A stretch of DNA of 32,000 bases from Ureaplasma parvum serovar 3 str. ATCC 27815. GTDB lineage: Bacteria; Bacillota_I; Bacilli_A; Mycoplasmatales; Mycoplasmoidaceae. Where the stretch lies: the NCBI RefSeq assembly GCF_000019345.1, contig NC_010503.1, forward strand, positions 719,680-751,679. Direction: 5' to 3'. A model generated the notes under the pieces. That model did not search any database. It saw only the letters and a program-made list of their open reading frames with translations, and was not told where the DNA came from. Positions 9,456-20,569 of this stretch are shown here, piece by piece. Within the stretch, counting starts at the first letter, position 1, and every line of letters starts with the position of its first letter. A program made the position numbers and the translations under genes.

Positions 9456-11060
9456 TTATCGTGCCTCAATATCAGTGTCCATTAATTTGTTTTCTAATTT
9501 TATTATTTGCTTATTTTTCTCTTTTTTATCATCATTAATTTCGTTTGTAATTTCTTTTTCTTCATCAACTAAATTTTGAGCTCATTTTGTCTTTTTAAAG
9601 ATAATAATAGCCATAATTAATTTAGAAATATTTTGGGATTCCATGATAAAAAATAATAATACAACATGTAAACGATCATTATAATCTTCTGGAACATTTA
9701 TATGTGTTATACATCCCATAATAATCAATCAAATAAAAGTTGATAAACAGTCGATTGTTAATAATCAACGACTACCACCACCACGAATGCAGAAGTAAAT
9801 AACTGAATATGGTCCTTGTGTCAATACTACCATAATTACAATTCATTCTAAATACATAGCAATTGTCGCAGTGTATGCTGCATGTTTTAAACCTTGTTCT
9901 GTATAATCCAACGGTGGATTTAATAATTTATTTACAAACGATGATAAAACTAACAAAATAATTCCCAAACTAATTCCAACTATCATACCCCAATTAATTA
10001 ATTTGCGCGTGTTTTCCTTAGCTAAATCATGCTTGTTAGCACCTAAATTAGCTAACACTAAAACAGCAACTGTTGATGCGGCACCTGGCCAAATTAAGTT
10101 AGTAAATTGAATAATTAAAGCAACAGTTGAAATAGCATCACGATGATCTTGACTATATCTTGTATAAAACATTAATATAATTGTTGTTCCAACTGAAAAT
10201 AAAATTTCATTTAGTAAAACTTGTCAACCATGAATAAAAATTAATTTAACGACCTTTTTGCTTAATTTCAAATAATTTAAAAAATAATAAGGGTATTGTT
10301 TACGAAACAATGTTAGTATTAACATTATTAAAGCATCAATAGATCTTGCAACAATTGTAGCAATAGCCACAAATAAAATTGCCTCAAATGGTGTTACGGC
10401 ACAATATTTAATCAAAATTGGATCTAAAATAACATTAACAGTTACTGCAATTGAACTTGAAATTAAAGGCATGATTGCATTATTATGTTGACGATAAGCA
10501 GTGGCTAATGAAAATGAAAACATGTAAGGAATTAAAGTTAATGATTGTCAACGTAAATAACTAGCTGCTCAATGATTTGTTAAATCATAAATTCGTTTTG
10601 CTTCTTCTGAAGCTGAAACATCTAAATTATTTCCTGAATATAATTGAATCATTTGTAATGGTGCTGCCATATAAATAACAATAAATATCATTACAACAAT
10701 AAAACTAAACAACAACATAAAGTTAATTGTTTCTTTAAATTTTAAATAGTCTTTTTTACCATAATATTGAGCGGCTAAAATCCCCGCTGCTGCTACAATA
10801 GAATAGAAAAAAATAGTTGGCAAAAACATTAGTTGTGTCGCTAACACGGTTGCAGTTTTGGCTGCTGTCCCCATATTCTCAGGTGTAAATAAAGCAATGA
10901 AAAGACTATCAAAATAATTAACAGACGATAAAATGATAACTTCAAGAATTGCTGGGAAAAATAATTTAGCAGCTGTTTTCATGAAAATTTTATCACCAAA
11001 TTGATTTATAAACCAATTTGGTTTTATTTTCTGTGATTTTTTAAAAAAATCGAAGCGCAT
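9456..11060 (-). CDS. MATE-family efflux transporter (paralogue 1), 534 aa
   Basis: Track ORFs 10569..11060, 10224..10523 and 9843..10172 plus a 129-codon tail share one frame joined by TGA. The protein is polytopic and hydrophobic, with a MATE-like N-terminus (AAKLFFPAILEVIILSSVNYFDSLFIA). TAA at 9456-9458 directly abuts the helicase ATG. Confidence 0.82.
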
Positions 11061-11436
11061 ATGTTTCTCCTTTAAAATACTTTTAGTTGCTTTCTAAAAG
11101 TTAGATGAATGAGTTTTTATTTAGCTTCAATAAATAATCTATAGTAACTTTTTAAACAATCAATTTTTTAATTTAATTAAATGTTTTGAATTAATTTTTA
11201 AAAGATTATCACGAAAAACTCATTATAATATTTGAAATGTGATAGTCTTTTTGGTGGTAAATTAAGAATAATTATAAATAAGCACCTATAATCAAAAAAG
11301 TATCATTTGTTTGAAAACTTATTATATTACAACCACGTTCATCCTTAAATCAAGCAGAAATGTTTTTAAATATAACGTTTCAATAATATAAATAAAAAAT
11401 TTTAAAAGAATGACACTAGTATATAAAAATGATAGC

Positions 11437-11478
11437 AAAAATTAACGACCTTTTTAAAAGAAAAGATGGTTAATTTTT
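11437..11478 (-). terminator. Imperfect AT-rich hairpin downstream of MATE paralogue 2
   Basis: AAAAATTAACGACCTTTT / AAAAGATGGTTAATTTTT pairs at 16 of 18 positions with a 6-nt loop, 56 nt after the stop at 11534. The stem is weak (few G-C pairs). Confidence 0.4.
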
Positions 11479-11533
11479 ATATTTTATAAAAATATATAAT
11501 CTTCCTTCAATTGAAATTAAGATAATATTTAAT

Positions 11534-13096
11534 TTATTTTTTATTGTAATTAAATCTAAATTTAAAACTGTTTTTTCTTATTTCAAATTGATTACTACCT
11601 ATTAAGTTTTTAGCTCAATTTACCTTTGTAAACAATATGCTTACAAGAATCATCTTTAATAATCAATTTGATTCAAGCAAAGCAAATGTTAGTAGATGTG
11701 GGATTTTAGGATTATAAGCAAATGTACTAATTAAAGCAAACATCATTACTCATATAATCATCACCATAGTATCATTAATTGCTCCATAAATAACTCCTGC
11801 TCCACGAATGCAATTATTCATAGCAGCATATGGCCCTAAAATAATAATTTCAACAACTAAAACTCATTCTAATTGAGTAGCTAATTTTGCCACTTTCTTA
11901 GCATCTTTAATATCTAATAACGAATTTGATAATGGAGGGTTTAATAAAGGATTAATAAATAAAGATAATATAAATAATATAATTGCTAAAATACTAGCTA
12001 TAATAAGTGATCAAGCGACTGTATATCGTGAATTTTGTTTAGCAGTATTAATTTCGTTTTTTCCTAAATAAGAAAGAACAAGAACTGCAACAATAGTGTT
12101 CATTCCTGGTCAAATTAGTTTGGTAAATTGAGCTATTAATAAAGCTGTTGAGATAGAAGAGCGAATGTCAGGATGATATTTATATAAAAATAGTGTTAAT
12201 AAGATTACTGAAATTGAAAATATAATTTCATTAATAGCAATGAACCACCCGCGTTTAAAAATATTTTTTAATAATCTTCATGTTAAATTTCAATAATTAA
12301 TAACATATGTTGCCCTTTTTTTAAAGATACAAACACAAAGCAAAACAATTAATAAATCAAAACCACGAGAAGCGATTGTTGAGAATGCTGCAAGTAATAT
12401 CGCTTGTTTAGGAGTTTTGGCAACTAAAATCATTAATACTGGATCTAAAATACAATTTAGACAAAGTGCGGCAATACTTCCTAATAAAGGAATTGCTGGA
12501 CGTGCATCTTGACGGTGTGCAATTGCAAAAGGATATGAAAAAGCATAAAAAACTTGTCCAATCATTGCGTATTGTAAATACATAGATGCTCATTCATTAA
12601 CTTTTTTAAAATTAGTTAACTCATTAGATGTGACCATTGACATATCTTTACTAAAATTATTAATTGATCCTGCATATATTGTTATAGATCAATGTGGAAA
12701 AGTTAAATAAATAATTAAAAAAGGGATATTTAATATAACAGATCCTAAAATCATGTAATTTGTTGTTTCTTTAAATTTATGATAATTTTTATTTCCTAAA
12801 TATTGTGAGCTATAAACACTGCATGCATAACAAACAGCAACGGTAAAAATTGTTGGTAAATATAATAATTGAGTTGCAAGAATTGTTGCTGTTTTAGCAT
12901 CTAATCCTTGTGATTGAGGGGTATATGTTGCTAGAAAAAAATTATCAACATAAGCAATTGCTGTAATGATAATATTTTGGATAATCGCTGGAAAAAATAA
13001 TTTTAATGCTTTCTTGATAAATTGTTTATCGCCAAATATTTTTTTAAAATTCAAAAAAGACAATTTTTTTTGTTTAAAACCAATTTGATAAGACAA
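11534..13096 (-). CDS. MATE-family efflux transporter (paralogue 2), 520 aa
   Basis: Track ORFs 12689..13096 and 12290..12583 share one frame. I translated codon by codon down to TAA at 11534-11536 with no TAA/TAG in between. The N-terminus aligns with paralogue 1 (FGDK.F.K.A.KLFFPAI...AKTAT.LATQL..LPTIF...KFKET.N). Confidence 0.82.
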
Positions 13097-13204
13097 TAAA
13101 AATCACTACTTCCATTCTTCTATAACGATAATAATATAATAATTAATTATAGTGTAATTTTTGGAATAATAAATTTAAATTTTACTTCCAGTATTTATTA
13201 AGTA

Positions 13205-13236
13205 AACAAAAAAAGGTTTAGATGCAAAACCTTCTT
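13205..13236 (-). terminator. Rho-independent terminator after deoC
   Basis: On the minus strand, AAGGTTT-tgcatct-AAACCTT is followed by a T-run, 9 nt after the deoC stop. Confidence 0.7.
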
Positions 13237-13244
13237 TTTGTTTT

Positions 13245-13892
13245 TTAGTGATTATTTAATATTTTAATTGCTGATGACGTTCCGATCCTTGTAGCTCCAG
13301 CTTCAATAAAAGATTTAAAATCCTCAAAATTTTTAATTCCACCTGATGCTTTAATTTGTTTTACATCACCTAAAATTCGCTTTCATAGAATAATATCTTC
13401 AAGTTTTGCACCTTCTTTTGCAAAACCAGTTGATGTTTTAATGAAATCAGCATTTGATTCTAGAATAATTTTAGCTGCAAATTCTTTTTGCTCCCTGTTC
13501 AAAAATGCTGTTTCAACGATCACTTTTAAAATTTTATCCCCACAAACTTCTTTAATTTGATTAATTTCATTTAAGCAATATTCTCTATTACCATTGATTA
13601 ATTGATTAATATTAATAACCATATCAATTTCATCAGCACCTAAATCTATAGCGTTTTTTGTTTCAAAAACTTTAGTTTCAATTGTGTTAGCGCCTAGTGG
13701 AAAACCAATAACTGTGCAAATTTTAACAGACGTTTCTAATAAATAGTGTTTTGCAACTTTAACAAAACAAGGATTAATACAAACTGAATAAAATTCATTT
13801 TCTTCTGCTTCTTCACACAACTTATGAATCTCTTCTAAACTTGCGTCAGCTTTTAATAATGTGTGATCTACATAAATATTATACTTATTCAT
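13245..13892 (-). CDS. deoC: Deoxyribose-phosphate aldolase, 215 aa
   Basis: Track ORF 13383..13892 (IDHTLLK, VCINPCFV, GFPLGAN, DEIDMVIN, KVIVET, FIKTSTGF) continues through TGA into WKRILGDVKQIKASGGIKNFEDFKSFIEAGATRIGTSS. These are the DeoC class I aldolase motifs, including the Schiff-base Lys context. Confidence 0.93.
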
Positions 13893-13903
13893 GATATTCC
13901 TTA

Positions 13904-15865
13904 TTATTGGTTTAAAAGTTGATTAATAATATTTTTAACACTAAAACCAAATTCATTCATTAATTTATCACCATCTGCACTACGCCCAAATTGATTAGCA
14001 GCAATTTGTATAAATTTATTTGTATAAATTGATAATTTTCATCAAAGCATTTCGCTTGATGCTTCAATTGCTAATAGACCATTTTTTGAAGCTAAAAGGC
14101 TCTTAATATCTTCAGGTTTTTGACGTAAAAATAAATTTAAGTTAAAAGCAGAAATAACTTTAATTTTAAGTTTATGTTTTTCAAAAAGTTCTTTTGCTGC
14201 GTCATTTGCTAAACTAACTTCACTACCACTAGCAATAATCGTGTAATCTACATCTTTACAAAAAGAAAAAGGCGAATTAATAATATATGCTCCCTTACTA
14301 AAATCTTGTGGTTTTTGATCATTAATTTGTTTAATAGTTTGACGTGAAGTAATTAAACAAATCGGTTTTTGTTTTTGTTTAAAACTATATGAAAGAGCAT
14401 ATTTAACTTCATAATGATCAGCAGGACGAATTACTTCTACATTTGGAATTGCTCTTAACATTGGTAATTGATCGACAGGTTGATGTGTAGGTCCATCACC
14501 ACCCACTGCATAACTATCGTGACTAAAAATAAATAAATTAGCTAAATTACTAATGGCAGCTAAACGAATTGCTGGTTTCATATAATCAGAAAAAGCTAAA
14601 AAAGTGCCTCCTATCGCTTTAACGCCTTGATGTAAACTTATTCCATTCATCGCTCCTGCCATAGCAAATTCACGAATACCGAATTTAATATATGGATTTT
14701 TATGGTTATCGTTAAAAGCGCCTTCGCCTATTTTTGTGAAAGTTGATTTAGCTAAATCAGCAGATAAAACAAGAGCTGATTTTAAATCTTTTAATTGATT
14801 AAAATATTGTTTTAAATAACTGCGAGTAGAATCATTTAAATTAGTAATTTTATTTTCATCTAATAATTTATTTAAATCTTCATAATTACCATTAATATAA
14901 TTTAATAAACGTTGCATTTGTTCTGGATTAGTTTGCATATATTGGTCAACTAATTGTTGTCATTGATTATAAGCACTTTCGCCCCGAGCTACAACATTAA
15001 AAAAGAAGTGATCAAAAATTTCCTGATGAAATTCAAAATTATTTGTTTTAATATGAAAACGCTTAGAAAATTTTTCTAATTCATCATTAGAAATTGCTGC
15101 AGCATGCGCTTCATTACTATTTTCAAAAGATGTCCCCTCACCAATGATTGTTTTGACTTCAATAAACGTTGGTTTAACATTCTTTTTTCATTTAGCTTCA
15201 GCAATTGCTTTGAAAATATTTTCAGGATTATTATCTGTTTTTAGATAATTTCAACCCATTGATTCAACACGCATTTTTAAATCTTCAATATTAACATCAC
15301 TTACTGCTGAATCTAATTGGTAATCATTTGAATCATGTAAAATAATTAATTTCGATAATTTTAATTTTCCAGCAATACTCATTGCCTCATAACAAATTCC
15401 CTCTTGTAGGTCCCCATCGCCAACAATACAATAAGTATAATGATCAATAACACCTTTAAGAGTAGCAAATTCAGTTCTTAAATAACTTTCAGTAATTGCC
15501 ATACCAACTGCATTAGCAACCCCTTGCCCTAGTGGTCCTGTTGATGCATCAATATAATTATTAGCCAACACTTCAGGATGACCTGGTGTTAAATAATTAT
15601 CATTGCGAAAATTTTTAATGTCATCTAATGTTAATAATGATGAAAAATAAAAAACAGGATATAATGCCATCGATCCATGACCAGCTGATAAAACCAAACG
15701 ATCGCGATTAAATCACTTTGGATGTGATTTTGAAATAGTCATTAATCCCTTATAAAGGGTATAAACAATAGGTGCAGCTGAAATACTCATTCCACTGTGA
15801 CCTTGCTTTGCTTTATTAATAGCCTGTAAAGCAAGTGAACGCATTGCGTTAACATAACGATTCAT
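13904..15865 (-). CDS. tkt: Transketolase, 653 aa
   Basis: ATG at 15865. N-terminus: MNRYVNAMRSLALQAINKAKQGHSGMSISAAP...HPKWFNRDRLVLSAGHGS. Other motifs: GPLGQG, GDGDLQEG, and the Pyr domain FGIREFAM / GGTFLAFSDY. It joins track ORFs 15251..15697 and 14042..14938. TAA at 13904-13906. Confidence 0.95.
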
Positions 15866-15894
15866 ATTTAATAGTCTCCACTAAATAAAGATAT

Positions 15895-16158
15895 TTAAAT
15901 TAATTTCTGTTCAATTAAAATTTCTTCTAATTTGTTAATTGCTTTATTTGCATCATTTCCAACGGCACTCAGCTCGATTTTTGTGCCTTGTTTAATTCCT
16001 AAAGCCATAATGTTGATAATTGATTTAGCATCTGCTTGACGCCCATTTGCTTTAATAGTAATTGAAGAGCTAAAATCACTAGCTGCATTAACAAAATAAG
16101 TGATCGCCTTAATAAATGCTGACAATTCTGCTACGATGGTAAATTCTTTCGATATCAT
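15895..16158 (-). CDS. HPr-family (PtsH/Crh-like) protein lacking the His15 phosphorylation site, 87 aa
   Basis: It aligns colinearly with B. subtilis HPr, and the Ser46 region is conserved (ADAKSIINIMALGIKQG). The catalytic GIHARPA segment is replaced by SAFIKAI (Phe15). The whole protein contains no histidine. True ATG, AAAGG SD. Confidence 0.85.
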   Translation of the reverse strand: MISKEFTIVAELSAFIKAITYFVNAASDFSSSITIKANGRQADAKSIINIMALGIKQGTKIELSAVGNDANKAINKLEEILIEQKLI

Positions 16159-16257
16159 ATTAAACCTTTACATAAAATATCATTTTTTAAATGTATTTTA
16201 ATTATATTACTTAAAGCATTGTCTTGATATCTTATATTATTAATATAATAACTTTTA

Positions 16258-17856
16258 TTATAAAAGTAATTGAAAAATATTAATAAATACTGTTTGAACT
16301 AATTCGTTGAATGTGAATTTGTTATCTAAATCTTCTAAATTAATTAACTGTGAATTACGGAGATATTGATTAAAAATCTCGTTAATGTCGTGATTTACTT
16401 GTATTGAATAAATTGTTAATAATGATTCGTAATTAATTACTAATGCTCTATTATCAAGATTATAAGAACCTAATAGTGAAATATCATCATCTATTAAAAT
16501 CGCTTTAGTGTGTAAAAAACCACTATATTCATAAATTTGTACACCGGACTTAATTAATGATTCATAACTTAAACGATTCATTGATATGATAAAACTTCAA
16601 GAATCAACCCTTCCAGGTAAAATAATTTTAACTTTTATTCCAGTATTCGCTGCAGCTTTAAGTCCTATTAAAATATCTTCAGTAGGAAATAAATATGGCG
16701 TAAAAATTGTAATTGATTTTTTAGCATTAGCGATTGCCATAACCAGAATTTCATTTAAAGAACTTGTTGATTGGTCTGGTCCTGTATGCAAAAGTGTTGT
16801 TATTGTTTTATTTTTAATAGAATTATTTATTAAGTCATCTTTTCCTTGACATAAGTAAGGTTGAGGATGCATACTGTCAACAACAACATTAAAATTATTC
16901 TTTTTTGAAAATGGTGTATAGTAGTATCAATCATGAATAAATTCTAAAAGAATTGTATGCACAATTCCTCCGGTTAAAATATAATTCAAATCAACTCAAT
17001 GACCAACCTTAGGATCAATATTTAAATAAGAATCACCAATATTAGAGCCGCCACTAATAGCAACTTCACCATCAATAATTAAATATTTTCGATGCGAACG
17101 AAAATTAATAGTACTTCTAAATTTATAATCTGCACGTGCTTTAAAACAAGCAATTTCTATACCATTATTAATTAACTGTTGACGATATTTTTTAGGAAAT
17201 TTATTTAACGAACCAATTGGGTCATATAATATATATATTTTTATACCATCATTACTTTTTTTTATTAATTCTTTAACAAGAGATTGTAATCAACGACCAT
17301 TCTCAATAATATAATATTGTAAATAAATTGTTTTTTTTGCTTTTCTTATTAATTTAATAGTTTGTTCATACATTTCGTTTGTCTCTTTAATAATTGTTAT
17401 TTGATTATCACAATAAATAGGTGTACGAAAAAGTTGGTAATTATACTGACCAATTTTACGAATTAAATTAAGTCCATTATTATTAATAATCATATTTTGA
17501 AAACTATGATAAAATTCATAATCTTCAAATTTAAAAAGTGCACGACGGTTTGTAATGATATCATTAATTTTTTTATCTTTAAATGGGCGTGATCCAAAAA
17601 TCCAAAAGAATATAATTGACACAATTGGTAGAAATAAAAAAATAAACAATCATGATTTTTTAGAACGATCTTGCCGATGTCTTGAAGATAAAATATATAA
17701 GCCAATACTAGTATTTAAAATATAAAATGATATTAAAATATCTGTAACAATAACCGTTGGTCGATGGTGAAAATATATTGATATTAAACAAATATTAATT
17801 ATTAATAATACACAAATAAATGTTATGATGAATTTGGCTAAAATACGTTTTTTCAT
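16258..17856 (-). CDS. cls: Cardiolipin synthase (phospholipase D family), 532 aa
   Basis: Four track fragments share one frame joined by TGA. There are two N-terminal TM segments. Two HKD motifs are present: HRKYLIIDGEVAISGGSNIGD and HTKAILIDDDISLLGSYNLDNRA. Confidence 0.9.
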
Positions 17857-17901
17857 ACTTATTATCGTCCTTTTTATTAATAATTATAATTTATATAAAT
17901 A

Positions 17902-17925
17902 AAAAATAGGGTTTCCCCTATTTTT
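17902..17925. terminator. Bidirectional-type hairpin between tRNA-Ser and cls
   Basis: AAAAATAGGG-tttc-CCCTATTTTT forms a 10-bp stem and lies 10 nt downstream of the tRNA 3' end on the minus strand. Confidence 0.55.
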
Positions 17926-17934
17926 AATTATTAA

Positions 17935-18023
17935 TGGCGGAAACAGTGGGATTCGAACCCACGCGCCGCAGAACGACCTAACACCTTAGCAGGGTGCCCT
18001 CTTAACCACTTGAGTATGTTTCC
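17935..18023 (-). tRNA. tRNA-Ser (anticodon GCU), CCA encoded
   Basis: Minus-strand sequence: GGAAACATACTCAAGTGGTTAAGAGGGCACCCTGCTAAGGTGTTAGGTCGTTCTGCGGCGCGTGGGTTCGAATCCCACTGTTTCCGCCA. It folds with a 7-bp acceptor stem, anticodon loop CU-GCU-AA, a long variable arm (class II) and T-loop GTTCGAATC. Confidence 0.93.
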
Positions 18024-18112
18024 AAAACAATTATTGCTTTATGTATATAACTTATTTATTATATTAAATAATAAGCAATAATGCAATAGTTAAAACTAAT
18101 GAATTTAAATTA

Positions 18113-18433
18113 TTAAATTGATCGTAATTTATTAACTAAAGAATTTTCATCAATAAATCCTAAACTTGTCGCTTTAATATCTCCATTTTTTAAGTAAAAT
18201 AAAGCAGGGATTGATTTGACTTGATATTGTGTTGATAATTCTGGAAAATGATCAACATTTATTTTAATAATAGTAAATTCATCACCATGTTTTTTTTCAA
18301 TTGAATCTAATACTGGAATAAGCATACGACATGGAGGGCATCAATCCGCATAAAAATCAATTAATATTGGTTTAGAATGATTTTCCTTTAATAATTCATT
18401 TAAATTTTGGTTACTTTCTAATTTAATTAACAT
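18113..18433 (-). CDS. trxA: Thioredoxin, 106 aa (WCPPC active site)
   Basis: ATG at 18433. In [21 protein letters not shown] the Trp is encoded by TGA (18341-18343). It extends track ORF 18113..18325. Confidence 0.9.
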
Positions 18434-18461
18434 AAATTTTCCTCTTTTTAATATTATATTA

Positions 18462-20495
18462 TTATTGATTAAAATCGTTTTTATCATTGTTTGATTCATC
18501 TAAATTACGAATAAAATTACATTCAGGATAACCTGTGCATCCAATAAAATATTTATTTTTACGATTTTTACGTTTAACCAATGATTTTGAACAGTTAGGA
18601 CATAATTCGTTAAGAATTTCTGGTTTCTCTAACGATTCTGTAAAACGACATGTAGGGAAATTTGAACACGCAATGAACCGAGTGTTCATTCTAGATCTTT
18701 TAATCAATAAATCATGAGCACATATAGGACATAATCGATTAATTTTTTCATCAGGAACTTTTTCGATTTTAGTGTATGCTTGTTTTACTTCTTCTTCAAA
18801 AATAGGAATAAAAGTGCTAACTAAATCTTTTCAAAATAATTTGCCATTAGCTATAACATCTAAACGTTCTTCCATCTCAGATGTAAATTTAATAGAAATC
18901 ACTTTTGGAAAGGCTTCTTTTAACTCTTGGATGACTTTAATCCCTAATTCTGTTGGAATTAATTTACTCTTATCTTTATTGATGTAACCCCTAGTGGTGC
19001 CAATAGTTGCCATTGTTGCATATGTTGAAGGCCGACCTACTCCGGCATTTTTTAGCGCTGCAATTAAAGAGGCTTCTGTGTAATAAGGCGGTGGCGTAGT
19101 TTCTTTTTGTATTAAATCGATCTTTTCTTTTTTAAATTCATCACCAACATTAATTATAGGAGGTTGGAATTCTAATTCATCACGTTGCTTTTTATAAAAA
19201 TCTAAAATTCAATATCCTAAAGTTCGAATTGTTTTATAAGCTGTATAAAATTTATATTCATTATTAATAAAACGAATTACTTGCTTATTAAAAGTTGGCA
19301 CTTTCATTAAAGCTGATAGTGTTTTATTTCAAACTAAGTTATACAGCTTATAAATATCTAATGAAACATAATCTTTAATTTCTTCAGGTTTTAAATTAAT
19401 ATCAACAGGGCGAATTGCTTCATGTGCGTCTTGAATATTTACTTCTTTTCTATTAATTTTTTTATTTTTAAAATTTTCTAGATATTCTTTACCAAAATTA
19501 TTTTCAATAAAGGCATTAGCTTCTTGTAAAAAATCATCACTTAATCGCTCGCTATCTGTTCTTGGATAAGTTATTAAAGCTAATTGCTGATTATTAATTT
19601 CTAATCCTTCAAACATTTGTTGAGCTATTAAAGTTGTTTTATTAGCACTTCAACCAAAATTATTGGATGCGATTTGTAATAATTTATCAGTTGTTAATGG
19701 TAATTGAACATCGCCTTTGGTGATTTTCAAATCATCAATACTATAAACTTTAAAAATATCACTTAAATCATCAATCACACGCTGTGCATCTTTTTTGTGT
19801 AGAAATTTTAAATCACTATCGCTATTATCTTTCTGATTATATAATTCAACATCATAGGGAATTTTTCTTAAAGATACAAAAATGTTTTTTTCAATTATTC
19901 CTTCAATTTGATATCATTCTTCTTTAACAAAAGAACGTCTTTCTAACTCTCTCTCAACTACAAATAATAAAGCGATCGATTGTACTCGCCCAGCAGATAA
20001 GCCATGTAAGTTTTTTTTAACTAATCCAGAAAGTTTATAACCAATAACTCGATCTAAAATTCGTCTTGCAAATTGCGAATCTACCAAATTAAAATCAATA
20101 TCATGTTTTTCATCAATAGATTTTAAAATAGCTTTCTGTGTTATTTCATTAAAAGTTATTCTTTTAACACGTTCTTTATCTTTTTTTGGTAATAAATCAT
20201 AAACATGTCAACTAATAGCTTCACCTTCACGATCAGGGTCAGTTGCTAAATAGATATTATTTGATTTTTTTGCTAAATCAATAATTGTTTTTATTTGTTG
20301 TTTTTTCGATAATTTTTTATTTGTTGTTTTTATTATTTCTCATTTTAAATCATAAGTTTTTGGATCATAACCAGATTTTTTTGCGAGCTCACGTAAATGT
20401 CCACATGTAGCTATTACATTATAACTATCACCTAAATAAGACTGAATTGATTTAATTTTATTTGGTGACTCTACTACTATTAAATCTTTTTGCAT
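18462..20495 (-). CDS. topA: DNA topoisomerase I, 677 aa
   Basis: The N-terminal TOPRIM region is MQKDLIVVESPNKIKSIQSYLG...ATDPDREGEAISWH. YPRTDS provides the active-site Tyr context. C-terminal Cys4 zinc ribbons are present (CPNCSKSLV...CTGYPEC). All track fragments (19329..19616, 18831..19013, 18462..18707) share one frame. Confidence 0.96.
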
Positions 20496-20569
20496 TTTTT
20501 CTCCCATTTACTACAATTATTTGCTCGTTTTAACAATTGTAAATAATTATAATATTTTATAGTTGTTGT

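Noticed and set aside
11061-11533. The 473-nt spacer between the two MATE genes as a decayed third paralogue or a regulatory RNA.
   Set aside because: No residual reading frame or similarity to the flanking MATE genes was visible by eye. It contains a weak hairpin (listed as a feature) and generic AT-rich promoter-like hexamers only.
16586-16849. Plus-strand ORFs of 60-89 aa from the track lying antisense to minus-strand genes. These are 16586..16849, 18535..18717, 18772..18987, 25515..25742, 27502..27705, 27964..28146, 28619..28801, 29918..30187, 30252..30503 and 31182..31382. The off-frame same-strand ORFs 12408..12593 and 17490..17705, and 4087..4323 opposite the lipoprotein gene, belong to the same group.
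   Set aside because: Each lies entirely inside a well-supported conserved gene on the other strand or in another frame. They have low-complexity F/L/I/K/S-rich composition typical of shadow frames in AT-rich DNA, and none has an SD or a recognisable motif.
18030-18082. The inverted repeat ATTATTGCTT...AAGCAATAAT between trxA and tRNA-Ser as a regulatory structure.
   Set aside because: The arms are 10 bp but are separated by a 33-nt A/T loop. This is an unstable structure and is more simply explained as part of the tRNA promoter region.
18113-18433. The thioredoxin active site reads WCPPC instead of the usual WCGPC.
   Set aside because: It is a real sequence feature, but it is a single-residue variant of a functional CxxC motif in an otherwise ordinary thioredoxin. 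It is not enough to claim altered function.
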